Below are positions 21,019 to 31,212 of a stretch of 64,000 nucleotides of DNA, piece after piece. Source of the stretch: Thermodesulfobacteriota bacterium (GTDB lineage Bacteria > Desulfobacterota > Binatia > Bin18). Location of the stretch: positions 3,584,001 to 3,648,000 of the forward strand of contig OZ219926.1 of assembly GCA_964291405.2 (NCBI GenBank), in the 5' to 3' direction. The notes beneath the pieces are model-generated. The model was not told the origin of the DNA and did not search any database. It was given only the letters and a program-made list of their open reading frames with translations. The position numbers were made by a program, and so were the translations under genes. Every line of letters starts with the position of its first letter. Position 1 is the first letter of the stretch.

Positions 21019-22464
21019 ATGTTATCCCTGAGTGAATATGCAAAGTATGACGGCCTTGGGCTGGCTGGCTTGGTTGCGCGCAAAGAAGTCAGCGCCGAAG
21101 AACTGGTGGCGACTGCCGTCCAGGCTATTGAAAAGGTCAACCCGCAACTGAACGCCGTACTCCAGGTGCTGTCGGACCAGGCACAAACCGAGATTCGGGG
21201 AGGGCTGCCGCAAGGCCCCTTCAGCGGCGTACCGTTTCTGATCAAAGAACTGGTCCTGCACGCTAAGGGAGTCCGCCTCGATATGGGCTCACGGCTGGCT
21301 CAGGGCTATGTTGCCTCCGAGGATTCCGAGCTCATGGCGCGCTTTCGACGTGCTGGATTCGTGCTGACCGGAACAACCCAAACGCCAGAGCTGGGCTATA
21401 ACCCGACAACGGAGACTGTCCTGTTCGGGCCGGTCCACAACCCGTGGAAGGCTGGCCATAGCGCCGGCGGTTCGAGCGGTGGGTCCGGCGCGTCAGTCGC
21501 CGCCGGCATTGTCCCGGTTGCCCATGCCAACGATGGTGGCGGCTCCATTCGTATTCCGGCCTCGTGCAACGGTCTGGTTGGCCTCAAGCCCTCGCGCGAT
21601 CTGGTGCCTACCGGGCCCGACTATTCTGATCCGCTGTGTGGTCTGGCGTGTGAGTTTGTGGTCTCGCGCAGCGTCCGCGACTCCGCGACCCTGCTTGACA
21701 TCGTAGCCGGGGCCGATGCAGGTGCACCTGGCATCCCGGTCCCGCCGGCCCGTCCCTACCGCGAGGAAGTGAGTGCGCCGCCGGGGAAGCTGCGCATCGC
21801 CTGGACCACCACGCCCGCTTCGGGCGAAAAGGTTGACCCGGAATGCGAGCAAGCGGTCCATGACACCGTGCGGGTGCTGGAGGAGCTTGGCCATACGGTG
21901 TACGAAGGCCGACCGGAATATGACTGGGAGGAGTTCCTTAAAGAGATTCACGTGATTTGGGTGGCGTATAACGCCATGGCGGTTGAAGACTTGGCTACGG
22001 AAATGGGCCGTTCGCCAAGTCCGGATACGCTGGAAGCCGTGACGCTGGCCTGCTGGGAAGACGGCAAGAAATATAGTGCAGTTGATCTGCTGAAATCCCT
22101 GGACTACGGGGGTCGTCTGTCCCGTATCGTCGGTCGCTTCTTTGAAGGCCTGGATGTCTTTGTAACGCCTACTATTGCCAAGCCGCCCGCGCCGCATGGG
22201 GAAGTGAACCAGAACCGGGCCGGTATGACGGCTATGGAGTGGACCCGTCAAATCTTTTCTTATGTTCCTTTTACGCCGCTCTTTAATACGACCGGGCAGC
22301 CGGCGATTTCATTGCCCTTGCACTGGAGTGCCGACGGCCTGCCGGTCGGTGTCCAGTTTGTTGGGCAATTCGGGGACGAAGCAGGGCTGTTGCGCTTGGC
22401 CGCTCAGTTGGAAGAGGCAAAGCCGTGGGCGGACAGGCGTCCGCCGGTGCATGTAGCCGCCTAG
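21019..22464 (+). CDS. Amidase (6-aminohexanoate cyclic-dimer hydrolase-like)
   Basis: GVPFLIKE, GGSSGGSG, NDGGGSIRIPAS, N.TGQPAISLP. Confidence 0.92.
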   Translation: MLSLSEYAKYDGLGLAGLVARKEVSAEELVATAVQAIEKVNPQLNAVLQVLSDQAQTEIRGGLPQGPFSGVPFLIKELVLHAKGVRLDMGSRLAQGYVASEDSELMARFRRAGFVLTGTTQTPELGYNPTTETVLFGPVHNPWKAGHSAGGSSGGSGASVAAGIVPVAHANDGGGSIRIPASCNGLVGLKPSRDLVPTGPDYSDPLCGLACEFVVSRSVRDSATLLDIVAGADAGAPGIPVPPARPYREEVSAPPGKLRIAWTTTPASGEKVDPECEQAVHDTVRVLEELGHTVYEGRPEYDWEEFLKEIHVIWVAYNAMAVEDLATEMGRSPSPDTLEAVTLACWEDGKKYSAVDLLKSLDYGGRLSRIVGRFFEGLDVFVTPTIAKPPAPHGEVNQNRAGMTAMEWTRQIFSYVPFTPLFNTTGQPAISLPLHWSADGLPVGVQFVGQFGDEAGLLRLAAQLEEAKPWADRRPPVHVAA

Positions 22465-22524
22465 TCCCCGCGCGAGAGTGAGGCGAGGCCATAAAAGAAC
22501 CGCGCACTGGTAAGGAGTACGCGC

Positions 22525-23190
22525 ATGACCGAGACGCACCCGTCCCCCCACCTCATCCTATGGGGTGCAGGAACAACCCGCACCATCCGGCCGCACTGGG
22601 TACTGCACGAACTCGGTCTGGAGTATGAAAAACACCCGATTGGCTCACGGACGGGAGAAACTCAGACTGCCGAATTTCGTGCCCTCAACCCGCGTGGTAA
22701 GATTCCGGTGCTCCAGGATGGGGATCTGATCCTGGCCGAGAGTGCCGCGATTATCAATTATCTGGTTGAAAACTATGGGCCGGAATCCGGGCTGGTCCCC
22801 CGTCCGGGCACCCCGCAGCGGGGACTGTACGATCAGTGGTGTTTTTTCATTATGACCGAGCTTGATGCTCACACCCTATACATTCTACGGCGGCATGATG
22901 ACTTGGCACACCTGTATGGCGCGGCTCCGAATGCGGTGCAAGCCGCAAAAGAAGGTTTTGCGCGTCAGATTGCCGTTGTGACACAGACCCTCCGTTCCGG
23001 CGGGCCGTATCTATTGGGCGCAAGCTTTACCTGTGCCGATATCCTGTTGACCACCTGTTTGACCTGGGCTCGCTACTGTAAGATTCCTTTAGCCAATGCG
23101 CTGATCGACTATGCCCGGCGGCTGACGGCTCGGCCGGCCTATCGTCAGGCGGCGGCAACTAACGGTGGACCCATGGTTGGTCTCACATGA
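22525..23190 (+). CDS. Glutathione S-transferase family protein
   Basis: LNPRGKIPVLQDG, ESAAI, YLLGASFTCADI. Confidence 0.9.
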   Translation: MTETHPSPHLILWGAGTTRTIRPHWVLHELGLEYEKHPIGSRTGETQTAEFRALNPRGKIPVLQDGDLILAESAAIINYLVENYGPESGLVPRPGTPQRGLYDQWCFFIMTELDAHTLYILRRHDDLAHLYGAAPNAVQAAKEGFARQIAVVTQTLRSGGPYLLGASFTCADILLTTCLTWARYCKIPLANALIDYARRLTARPAYRQAAATNGGPMVGLT

Positions 23191-23251
23191 AAAACCCCGG
23201 TCGGCTTGCGGGCCGCCGGCTCGCATCCCTCTCACAAATGGTAGCTGCCTC

Positions 23252-23776
23252 ATGACACAACCGGTTCCGACAAAACGCCTGCTGCTTTTTCGACATGCCA
23301 AGTCTGATTGGGGCGCGGCGGCTGAGGATGACCATGCGCGCCCGCTGACAAAACGTGGGATCGCTGCGGCCCAGGCAATGGGGCGGATTCTGGCGGCTTC
23401 CGGCCAAATGCCGGACCGTGTCGTGACCTCGTCCGCGGTCCGGGCAAAAACGACGCTGGAGGTGGCTCGGGTGGCCGGCAAATGGAAGTGTCCGACCGAC
23501 ATAAGCGACGCCCTGTATGATACCGATGCGAGCGCGGTGCTGGAAGAAATACGCGCCCTCCCCAAGAGCGCGACGACGGTCCTATTCGTTGGTCATGAAC
23601 CGACCTGGTCGGAGTTGGCGAGCTTTCTGATCGGCGGGGGGAATCTCCGGTTTCCAACCGCGGCGCTGGCCCGTATCGACCTGGTTGTCCCCGGCTGGCA
23701 TGCGGTGACCTTTGGTCGGGGAGAACTCGTCTGGCTCCTCCAGCCCAAGTTTTTCACCAAGGGGAAATTTCTATGA
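23252..23776 (+). CDS. sixA: SixA-like histidine phosphatase
   Basis: RHAKSDW, DHARPLTKRG, SSAVRAKTT, VGHEP. Confidence 0.85.
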   Translation: MTQPVPTKRLLLFRHAKSDWGAAAEDDHARPLTKRGIAAAQAMGRILAASGQMPDRVVTSSAVRAKTTLEVARVAGKWKCPTDISDALYDTDASAVLEEIRALPKSATTVLFVGHEPTWSELASFLIGGGNLRFPTAALARIDLVVPGWHAVTFGRGELVWLLQPKFFTKGKFL

Positions 23777-23860
23777 GATCCGCCAAAAACGGCAAATGAG
23801 TATGTTTGACCAGAGAGGGGAGAAGGGGAGGCGAACGACACCCTAGAAGGAGGGATAAGC

Positions 23861-24325
23861 ATGATAAAAGGCATTCATCACACCGCTATTTCAACCGGGG
23901 ATATTGAACGGGCACTGCGCTTCTACAAAGACCTGCTCGGTTTTGAAGAGCTCTTTGCGTTTGAGTGGAAAGTGGGGTCGCAGTCGGTCGATCAAATTGT
24001 GGGACTCAAGGACTCTTCCTCAAAAGTCGTCATGCTCAAGGCCGGGAACGCCTGCGTGGAGCTGTTTCAGTACGCCACACCAGAGCCCAAGCCCGGCGAC
24101 CCCAATCGTCCGGTGTGTGACCACGGTATTACCCACCTGTGTCTGCAAGTGGAAGATATTGACGGCGAATACGAACGGCTCAAAGCCGCGGGCATGACGT
24201 TCCACTGCGCGCCGCAGAAAGCCGGCAGGGGGCTGCGGGCGACATACGGACGTGATCCCGACGGCAATGTTGTCGAGCTGTTGGAAGTGGAAAACTCGGA
24301 CGATAAGCTCTCGGTGGCGGCGTAG
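23861..24325 (+). CDS. VOC/glyoxalase family protein
   Basis: HHTAI, ELFQY, HLCLQV, RDPDGNVVELLE. Confidence 0.9.
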   Translation: MIKGIHHTAISTGDIERALRFYKDLLGFEELFAFEWKVGSQSVDQIVGLKDSSSKVVMLKAGNACVELFQYATPEPKPGDPNRPVCDHGITHLCLQVEDIDGEYERLKAAGMTFHCAPQKAGRGLRATYGRDPDGNVVELLEVENSDDKLSVAA

Positions 24326-24363
24326 CGAGAGCATGGAATGCCCATATTTCTCAGGAGAGGCAT

Positions 24364-25236
24364 ATGACACAGCAAACCCCCGACTCGAAAGAGCCTTACG
24401 TTGGCAAAGAGCTTGGCAGTGTCTCCTTCACTGTCACCGAAGCCGTCTTAAACGATTACTACGATGGTCTGAATCTCTCGCGTCCGCAGGCCGCTGCTGT
24501 CCCTTCCATGATTGCCAGCGGACCGGATAACGCTTATTTCGCGCAGTCGTCGTTCAGCAATCATTTTGGCCATCTCTGGATGCGCCAGGAGTGGGAATTG
24601 TTCACGCCGCTGACGTCGGGCCGGACGTATACGGCAACCGCACAGATCACGGATATTTATCCGAAGCGCAATCGCTCGGTGGTACGCTACGAGGTCGAGT
24701 TGCGCGCAGACTCCGGAGAATTGGCCTTACGCACGCGACACCACCAGAGCTATCTGCTCGACCAGCACGACGGGCAGCTCACCTTTCGCGACCCAAAGGC
24801 CAAACAGGGCGCGCGGCGCTTCGTTGTCCCGGAGGGTGAACCGTTTGGGCCGCTCGAACGCGTCATCAGTCTGGAGATGTGCGACCGGTTTTTTCACGGC
24901 GACGCCAACTACCACACTAACCGTGAGGAATCGAAAAAACTCGGTTTTGGCGATGTCGTTATCGGTGGACGGATGACCATGGCCTATGCGGCCCATATTC
25001 TCGAAGAACGCTTTGGCACTGCCTGGTGGACGAGCGGCCGGTTGGATACGAAGTTCACCAACCCGGTGTGGCCCAATGAGACCGTTATCGCCCATGGTGT
25101 CATGACTGGCCCGCTCGAAGAGGAACCGGAACGGACGGGCGCCTTCGTGTGGCTGGCAAAACCGGACGAGACCATCGTGCTGGTTGCAAACGCGAGCGTC
25201 AGGTCAATAGAGGAAGAACGCAAACGGGATAGCTGA
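24364..25236 (+). CDS. Double hot-dog MaoC-like dehydratase
   Basis: GDANYHT, GFGDVVIGGRM, KFTNPVWPNETV. Confidence 0.75.
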   Translation: MTQQTPDSKEPYVGKELGSVSFTVTEAVLNDYYDGLNLSRPQAAAVPSMIASGPDNAYFAQSSFSNHFGHLWMRQEWELFTPLTSGRTYTATAQITDIYPKRNRSVVRYEVELRADSGELALRTRHHQSYLLDQHDGQLTFRDPKAKQGARRFVVPEGEPFGPLERVISLEMCDRFFHGDANYHTNREESKKLGFGDVVIGGRMTMAYAAHILEERFGTAWWTSGRLDTKFTNPVWPNETVIAHGVMTGPLEEEPERTGAFVWLAKPDETIVLVANASVRSIEEERKRDS

Positions 25237-25241
25237 GTCTC

Positions 25242-26144
25242 ATGGCAAACCACCGCAAGTCCCCGCAATTTTTTACGCCTCCCGACAGCCCATTTCAGGT
25301 ACCGTGCGACGGAACCTTTCTGGTGAAGGACGCGCCGACCGGTCCCGGGAAGAACGCACCCGGTACTGCCGAGTGTCGCAAGCAGCTTGAGCAGTTGACT
25401 ACCCGCCTCGACGAGCGGCAGCGCGTTTTATATGCCCAGACCCAGTATGCCGTCCTGTGTATCTTCCAGGCCATGGATGCCGCGGGCAAAGACTCAACAA
25501 TCCGGGCCGTCATGCGGGGGCTGAACCCGGCCGGGTTTCAGGTCTTCTCGTTCCAGGCGCCGTCAGTAGAAGAATACGCCCACGATTTCTTGTGGCGGGC
25601 GTCGCTCCGCCTGCCTGAGCGTGGACGGATCGGCATTTTTAACCGCAGCTATTACGAAGAGGTGCTGATCGCGCGGGTCCATCCCGAATTCCTGACCCGC
25701 CAACACCTGCCTTGGCCGAAGGATCACGACAGCCTCTGGGAGTATCGCTTTGAGTCCATCCAGGACTATGAGAAGCACTTGGTTCGGAACGGCACGATAG
25801 TGCTCAAGTTCTGGCTCAACGTCTCCAAGGCAGAACAACGGCGCCGCTTCCTGGATCGTCTGAAGAAACAGGAAAAACACTGGAAGTTCTCGGAGGCCGA
25901 CACAGCCGAGCGGGCATATTGGGACACGTATATGCATGCCTACGAAGACTGTCTGAATCAGACCTCTACTCCGTGGGCTCCGTGGTATGCGATTCCTGCG
26001 GACAACAAGCCCTATATGCGTCTGGCTGTGGCCCAGGTCTTGGCGCAGACTCTTGAGCAACTGGACCTGCACTACCCGACCCTGACACCGGAACAGAAGG
26101 CCGGTCTTGCCGCTAGCCGCAGGCGTCTCAAAAAGGAAAGTTAG
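25242..26144 (+). CDS. ppk2: Polyphosphate kinase 2 family protein
   Basis: FQAMDAAGKDSTI (Walker A), FNRSYYEEVL, APWYAIPADNK. Confidence 0.92.
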   Translation: MANHRKSPQFFTPPDSPFQVPCDGTFLVKDAPTGPGKNAPGTAECRKQLEQLTTRLDERQRVLYAQTQYAVLCIFQAMDAAGKDSTIRAVMRGLNPAGFQVFSFQAPSVEEYAHDFLWRASLRLPERGRIGIFNRSYYEEVLIARVHPEFLTRQHLPWPKDHDSLWEYRFESIQDYEKHLVRNGTIVLKFWLNVSKAEQRRRFLDRLKKQEKHWKFSEADTAERAYWDTYMHAYEDCLNQTSTPWAPWYAIPADNKPYMRLAVAQVLAQTLEQLDLHYPTLTPEQKAGLAASRRRLKKES

Positions 26145-26182
26145 CGCGGATTGCGCGGTCGAATCGCCTCCGCCCTATTGCC

Positions 26183-26464
26183 CTAACTCCCTGTCTCAGA
26201 TCCCGCACCCGCGGATGTCTCGTTGGTGAGTGGAACCTCAATGCGCTGTCTTCCCAGGACCGTGAGTGAGTACGTGCGGTTGCGAGTCGTTCCTCGCGCC
26301 GTCAGAAGTCCCTCTTTGACAAGGCGACTGAGATGTTTGTTGACAGCTTGACGGGAGATCCCGAATTGGAAAGCTGTGGAACGGGCAATGTGTTGTGAAT
26401 TGGAATCAACGTGCTCCAAGATATAGCGGCGAACGAGTCGTCCCCGCTCTCGTATTCCTGCCAT
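26183..26464 (-). pseudogene. Winged-HTH fragment resembling the N-terminus of DUF4325/STAS-like ATP-binding proteins; probably truncated
   Basis: FGISRQAVNKHLSRLVKEGLL...GTTRNRTY; ends in a low-complexity tail at 93 aa. Confidence 0.55.
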
Positions 26465-26715
26465 GGTTTTTAGTGCTCTTCTTTATATCTGTTAATTTTT
26501 ATGCATACTGTTTGCATCCAAGAGACCTCTGCCTATCCGAGAGCACCTTTACCGTCAATCTTCACATTTCGCCTTATAAGCCGCTTGCTTGAGGGGCCGA
26601 GCATCTCGGCTTCCTTCCTCGATTTGGGCAACCACGGGGGCTGCCCTTAAGGAACACGGAGGCGGGCAGGGTGTCCGCGACTCCAGAGGGTAGAGGGAAC
26701 TTTCGTCGTGCGTGG

Positions 26716-28536
26716 CTATGCGTCGGCGACGCGCATGGCTGCCCGAAGGGCTGTGGTGGCCGCTTCGTCAATCGTCCTGGTTGCGATATCCACAACCACA
26801 CCATAGACGCTACGCGCCTTCTCCACAGAGATATACTCGTCCAGCGTATCGTCGAGGACCTCTTGTACGGGACGGTCGAGCGGATTACCCCAACCGCCGC
26901 CGCCGGTGGTTTCAAACCAGAAGGTGTCACCATAGGAGAGCTTGTGACCGCGCAGCAGGGGATTGAGCCAGCGATTGTCCTCGGTCAGACCGCCGACAAT
27001 GTTTTGCGTGCCATCCGCACGGAGGTGCCACAGCCGTTGGGGCGAACTCCGCTGTCCGCCGTTCACGCCTGGGGTGCCCTCGCGCGTACGGGCCGTTTCC
27101 ACGCTCATCGCGCCCTCGCAGAGGAAGCGGATTTTGAGATGGGACCCAACCCCGCCCCGATGGTGGCCGTCCCCGGCCGAGTCTTGCCGAATATCAAAAG
27201 CTTCATAGGCAATCGGGAACATCAGCTCTGCGGTCTCCGCTTCCATATTCATGCAGTTGCCCAGCGGATCCATGGTGACATTCATGCCGTCATTAAACGG
27301 GGTCCCGCCCCAGCCGCCGGCCGGCAGGTCCGAGAAGACATCGGTTTTCCCGTCCGGCTCACGCACGCCACACACAAACCAGTTGCAGTCGCCGCACGCG
27401 GAGCCGACCGCGCGGTCGGGCAGGGCGTTGGCAATCGCCTGCCAGACCGCGCTGGCAACTTTCGGGGCGGCCAGCACCGTACAGCCGATGGTCGGGGCCG
27501 GCCATTTGGGGTTCAGCCAGCAGTCGTCGGGTAAGACCACGCTGATCGGGTTGAACATGCCCTCGTTTTGCGGCGCGCTGGGTTCCAGGAAAAACTGGAG
27601 GGAGTAAAAGACCGCAGAGTGGGTATTGGCCTTGGGCGAGTTGATAGCGCCAAGACACTGGGGGTCGGAGCCGGTCAGGTCTACGGTGATATCCGAGTCT
27701 TTGACCGTCAGGGTCACTTTGACTTTGACAGGATCATCGCTCTGGCCGTCGGTATCGGCATAATCCTCGCCGGTATATACCCCGTCCGGGATACTCTCGA
27801 TTTTCTTGCGGACAATCCGCTCGGTATAGGCAATCAGCTCGGCCATGGCGGCCTTGATCGTCTCCAGACCGTACCGCTCGGCCGCGGACTGCATTTCTTC
27901 TTCTGCGGCTTTAAGACAGCCGACATGGGCCTGGAGGTCACCCTGGATAAAATGCGGGGTGCGCGTATTGGCCAGCAGAATCTTGAGGATTTCCGGCTTG
28001 ACCTCATTGTTTTCAAAGGCTTTGATGGGCGGCAGGCGAAGCCCCTCTTCCGCGATATGCGTGCCCCACGACTGGCCGCCCGGCGCCCCGCCACCAAAGT
28101 CCATCCAATGACCCCGGCTGACCGCAAAGCCCAGCAGCTCCGTGTCTTTGTAAAAAATCGGCTTAATCCAGGAGATGTCGTTAATATGGGTGCCGCCCCG
28201 GTACGGGTCGTTGACCACATAGATGTCGCCGTCCTTCATATTCTCGATGCCGAACTCGTCCCGCACGGCATGGGCCGAAAACTTCATGGCCGCCAGATGG
28301 ACGGGAACATTGGCGGCTTGGCTCAACAGCCGCATCTCCGGGTCATAAATGGCGTTTGAGAAATCAACCATATCGGACAGAATCGGCGAGAACGACGCTC
28401 GTTGGAGCACCGCGGTCATCCGATCGCAGGTATACTCAAACAGATTCCGCAAGACCTCAAAGGTAATATGATCGAGTCCTGTCCGGTTTTTAATGCTGTC
28501 GCCCGTTTTTTCGAGTGCGCTGGATTGCATGACCAT
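26716..28536 (-). CDS. Hydantoinase B/oxoprolinase family subunit
   Basis: SFSPIL..DFS, PVHL, NDPYRGGTHIND, HWMDFGG, TGGGGGWGNP. Confidence 0.92.
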   Translation of the reverse strand: MVMQSSALEKTGDSIKNRTGLDHITFEVLRNLFEYTCDRMTAVLQRASFSPILSDMVDFSNAIYDPEMRLLSQAANVPVHLAAMKFSAHAVRDEFGIENMKDGDIYVVNDPYRGGTHINDISWIKPIFYKDTELLGFAVSRGHWMDFGGGAPGGQSWGTHIAEEGLRLPPIKAFENNEVKPEILKILLANTRTPHFIQGDLQAHVGCLKAAEEEMQSAAERYGLETIKAAMAELIAYTERIVRKKIESIPDGVYTGEDYADTDGQSDDPVKVKVTLTVKDSDITVDLTGSDPQCLGAINSPKANTHSAVFYSLQFFLEPSAPQNEGMFNPISVVLPDDCWLNPKWPAPTIGCTVLAAPKVASAVWQAIANALPDRAVGSACGDCNWFVCGVREPDGKTDVFSDLPAGGWGGTPFNDGMNVTMDPLGNCMNMEAETAELMFPIAYEAFDIRQDSAGDGHHRGGVGSHLKIRFLCEGAMSVETARTREGTPGVNGGQRSSPQRLWHLRADGTQNIVGGLTEDNRWLNPLLRGHKLSYGDTFWFETTGGGGWGNPLDRPVQEVLDDTLDEYISVEKARSVYGVVVDIATRTIDEAATTALRAAMRVADA

Positions 28537-28568
28537 CCTCCTGCAAATGGAACACTGATTCTGCCCGA

Positions 28569-30626
28569 CTATCGTCCTACCTGTATAATAAGATTACCCT
28601 GGGTATCAATAGTTGCCTGCGCGCCGGGCGGCAGCACGGCCACCGAATCCAGATATTCCAGAATCGCCGGTCCCCGAAGCTCTGCGCCGGGCTGGAGAAT
28701 TTGGCCGTTGTAAATCGGACAGTCGATCCATTCTCCAGAGAAATACACCGAGCGAGCGCTTTTCATGGCCACGACATTTTCTGCGGCGACACTTTTATAG
28801 GGAGGCAGGGCTGCGGTTGGCGCTGTCGCTGCGAGACTCAGAGAAACAAACGCCGGGTCGAAGATATCCGAACTGACCCCATGCTCCTGCTTGTGTACGG
28901 CGTGAAAGGTATCGGCAATGGTGACAAGGGCATCCTTGGTGAGCGCGCCGCCCGGAATGGGGGTTTCAATTTCATATGTCTGGCCCACATAGCGCATCTG
29001 GGCGGTGCGGTTGATGAGCACATTTCCCGCTGAGACATTATCGCGAGCGAGCAGAGTACGGGCCGTCCGTTCGAGTTCGGCATACACGCTATTCAGTCGG
29101 TCCAGGTCAACCTCCCCAATCGGGGCGTACATGAATTGCTCGACGTCCTGGCGGACATCCATGACGGTTGCTCCAAAGGCCGAGGCCACCCCGGCGGCCG
29201 CCGGGACGATGACTTTCGGAATATTCATGGCCCGGGCAACAAAGCAGGCGTGCATGGGCCCGGCTCCACCAAAACTGGTCAGCACAAAATCGCGCGGGTC
29301 ACGGCCTCTATTAATAATGACCCTTTTGACGGCCTGGGCCATAATCTCACAGCTGATCTGGATCATGGCGTCCGCGGTCTCGACCGTCGACAGGCCCAGT
29401 TGCTCAGCAACGGTACTCACCGCCTGTTCAGCCGCCTGCCGGTCCAGATTGATTTTTCCCCCCAGGGTCGGCTCCAGACGGCCGAGCAGCAGGTTGGCGT
29501 CCGTGATCGTCGGCTCGGTCCCCCCGTTGCCATAACAGGCCGGTCCTGGTTGCGAACCGGCGCTGCGCGGCCCCACCCGGAGCGAGCCGCCGCCATCCAC
29601 CCAGCCGATCGAGCCACCGCCGGCACCCACGCTGTGGATGTCGAGCATGGGCAGGATGATCGGCAGCTCAAATTCGAGTTCATACTCGCGGGTGACGAGT
29701 CCCTTGCCATCTTCGACTATCGAGGCGTCAAAACTCGTGCCGCCCATGTCCGCGCAAATAATACTGGGCTCGTGTATGGCATCGGCCAGATAGCCGGCAT
29801 AGGCCACCCCACCGGCCGGTCCGGACTCCAGCAGCTCTTCCGGATGTTCCTTGGCCAGATCGACACCCATCACGCCGCCGCTGCTTTTGAGAATCAACAG
29901 GGAGCCGTCAAAGCCTTGTTGGGTGAGGCGTTCCAGCAGATGATCGAAATAGGCTCCCATCACCGGCTTGAGCGCGGCGCTCACCGCAGTGGTGACAAAG
30001 CGACCGTGCTCGCGGAACAGGGGTCGCGTCTCGCCCGACAGCATAATATGCGCGTCAGGAATGTGTTCGAGCAGGATGTCGCGCATCTGCCGCTCATGAT
30101 CGGCGTTGACATAGGAATTGATGAAACACACCGCAATGGAGCGGATTCCCTCCGCCTTGATTGTTTCGGCCACCTGCTGCGCGGCCGCGGTATCGAGTGG
30201 GCGTTCTTCTTTCCCCTTGACGTTAATGCGTTGCGGGACCGTGTAGCGATAGCGACGCCGAATGAGCGGTTTGGGTTTGACCTGATAGGGGTCGTACAGG
30301 TCTTTCCGATGCTGACGGCCGATTTCAATAGTATCGCGAAAGCCCTGGGTGGTGACCAGGGCCGGGGCCGGGTAGGAGCGCTCGATCAGGGCATTGGTTG
30401 CGGTGGTCGTGCCATGGACCAGGCAGGAGATCTGGTCAAACGGAATACCCGATTGCTCGACCGCTTCAAGAGAATCCCGGGCGGCCTTTTTGACGGCCTC
30501 AATGACACCAACGGAGCGGTCCCAGGGGGTGGTCAGAACCTTGGCCGTGACGCGCTCACCGGTCGTTTCCTCCCAGCCAAACAGGTCGGTAAATGTTCCG
30601 CCAACATCGACGCCTACCCGCCACAT
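28569..30626 (-). CDS. Hydantoinase A/oxoprolinase family subunit
   Basis: GVDVGGTFTD, HGTTTATNALIE, SGPAGG, DMGGTSFD, GAGGGS, FGGAGPMH; start MWRVG after AAGGAG. Confidence 0.92.
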   Translation of the reverse strand: MWRVGVDVGGTFTDLFGWEETTGERVTAKVLTTPWDRSVGVIEAVKKAARDSLEAVEQSGIPFDQISCLVHGTTTATNALIERSYPAPALVTTQGFRDTIEIGRQHRKDLYDPYQVKPKPLIRRRYRYTVPQRINVKGKEERPLDTAAAQQVAETIKAEGIRSIAVCFINSYVNADHERQMRDILLEHIPDAHIMLSGETRPLFREHGRFVTTAVSAALKPVMGAYFDHLLERLTQQGFDGSLLILKSSGGVMGVDLAKEHPEELLESGPAGGVAYAGYLADAIHEPSIICADMGGTSFDASIVEDGKGLVTREYELEFELPIILPMLDIHSVGAGGGSIGWVDGGGSLRVGPRSAGSQPGPACYGNGGTEPTITDANLLLGRLEPTLGGKINLDRQAAEQAVSTVAEQLGLSTVETADAMIQISCEIMAQAVKRVIINRGRDPRDFVLTSFGGAGPMHACFVARAMNIPKVIVPAAAGVASAFGATVMDVRQDVEQFMYAPIGEVDLDRLNSVYAELERTARTLLARDNVSAGNVLINRTAQMRYVGQTYEIETPIPGGALTKDALVTIADTFHAVHKQEHGVSSDIFDPAFVSLSLAATAPTAALPPYKSVAAENVVAMKSARSVYFSGEWIDCPIYNGQILQPGAELRGPAILEYLDSVAVLPPGAQATIDTQGNLIIQVGR

Positions 30627-30679
30627 ATGCTGACATACTCCTTTCGGTGATTCCTTCGCCCTTGCTCCGTGCGCCATGG

Positions 30680-30892
30680 TCAGGCGAGCATCAAGCGTTC
30701 ACCCTTGGGCTGCGGTACAGGATCTCCGTATTCCCGCGCCGTATCAATCCATAATTGTATGGCTTCCTTGATGTGTTGGAGCGCGGCTTCCTGACTGTCG
30801 CCATGTGCCATACATCCCGGCAGTTCAGGCACTTCGGCAACGAACACCTGATCCTCGTTACTCCAGTAGAGAATGATCTCAAACTTATGCAT
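30680..30892 (-). CDS. hicB: HicB family antitoxin
   Basis: FVAEVPELPGCMAHG...EAIQLWI...PVPQP; ATGA coupling with hicA. Confidence 0.9.
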   Translation of the reverse strand: MHKFEIILYWSNEDQVFVAEVPELPGCMAHGDSQEAALQHIKEAIQLWIDTAREYGDPVPQPKGERLMLA

Positions 30893-31146
30893 CAGTCGCC
30901 CTCTCCCAGGTGATATCTCAGGATCAAGCGGCGGATTTGCCGGACCTGATACGGCTTTGCATGGCCGCCGTCCCGTTGCAAGTTGGGTTTCTCCATGAGT
31001 CCCTGCTTTCGGTAGATATAATGACTGCCGCGTATGCGCTCGTCAAATCCCATCGCTTTCAACAGGGCGCGTAGCTCATCGAATCGGATATGAGCATCCG
31101 ACCGGCCGCTGAGAATCTTCTGAAGAAGCTGCCCGTGTCTACTCAT
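30892..31146 (-). CDS. hicA: HicA family toxin
   Basis: RIRGSH, NLQ...AKPYQVRQ. Confidence 0.85.
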   Translation of the reverse strand: MSRHGQLLQKILSGRSDAHIRFDELRALLKAMGFDERIRGSHYIYRKQGLMEKPNLQRDGGHAKPYQVRQIRRLILRYHLGEGD

Positions 31147-31176
31147 GCCAAGCACCGCCTCAAACGTAGTAGTGGG

Positions 31177-31207
31177 GTAGGTCGGATTAGCGAAACGTAA
31201 TCCGACA
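31177..31207 (+). repeat. GTAG-type REP element
   Basis: GTAG-GTCGGATTA-GCGAAACG-TAATCCGAC-A: GTAG tetranucleotide plus hairpin. Confidence 0.75.
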
Positions 31208-31212
31208 TGGGG

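Noticed and set aside
29136-30650. Long antisense ORFs (also 7392-8486, 8592-9527, 9317-10300, 56536-57525 and others)
   Set aside because: Shadow frames of well-supported genes, expected with GC-rich codon bias; no recognisable motifs
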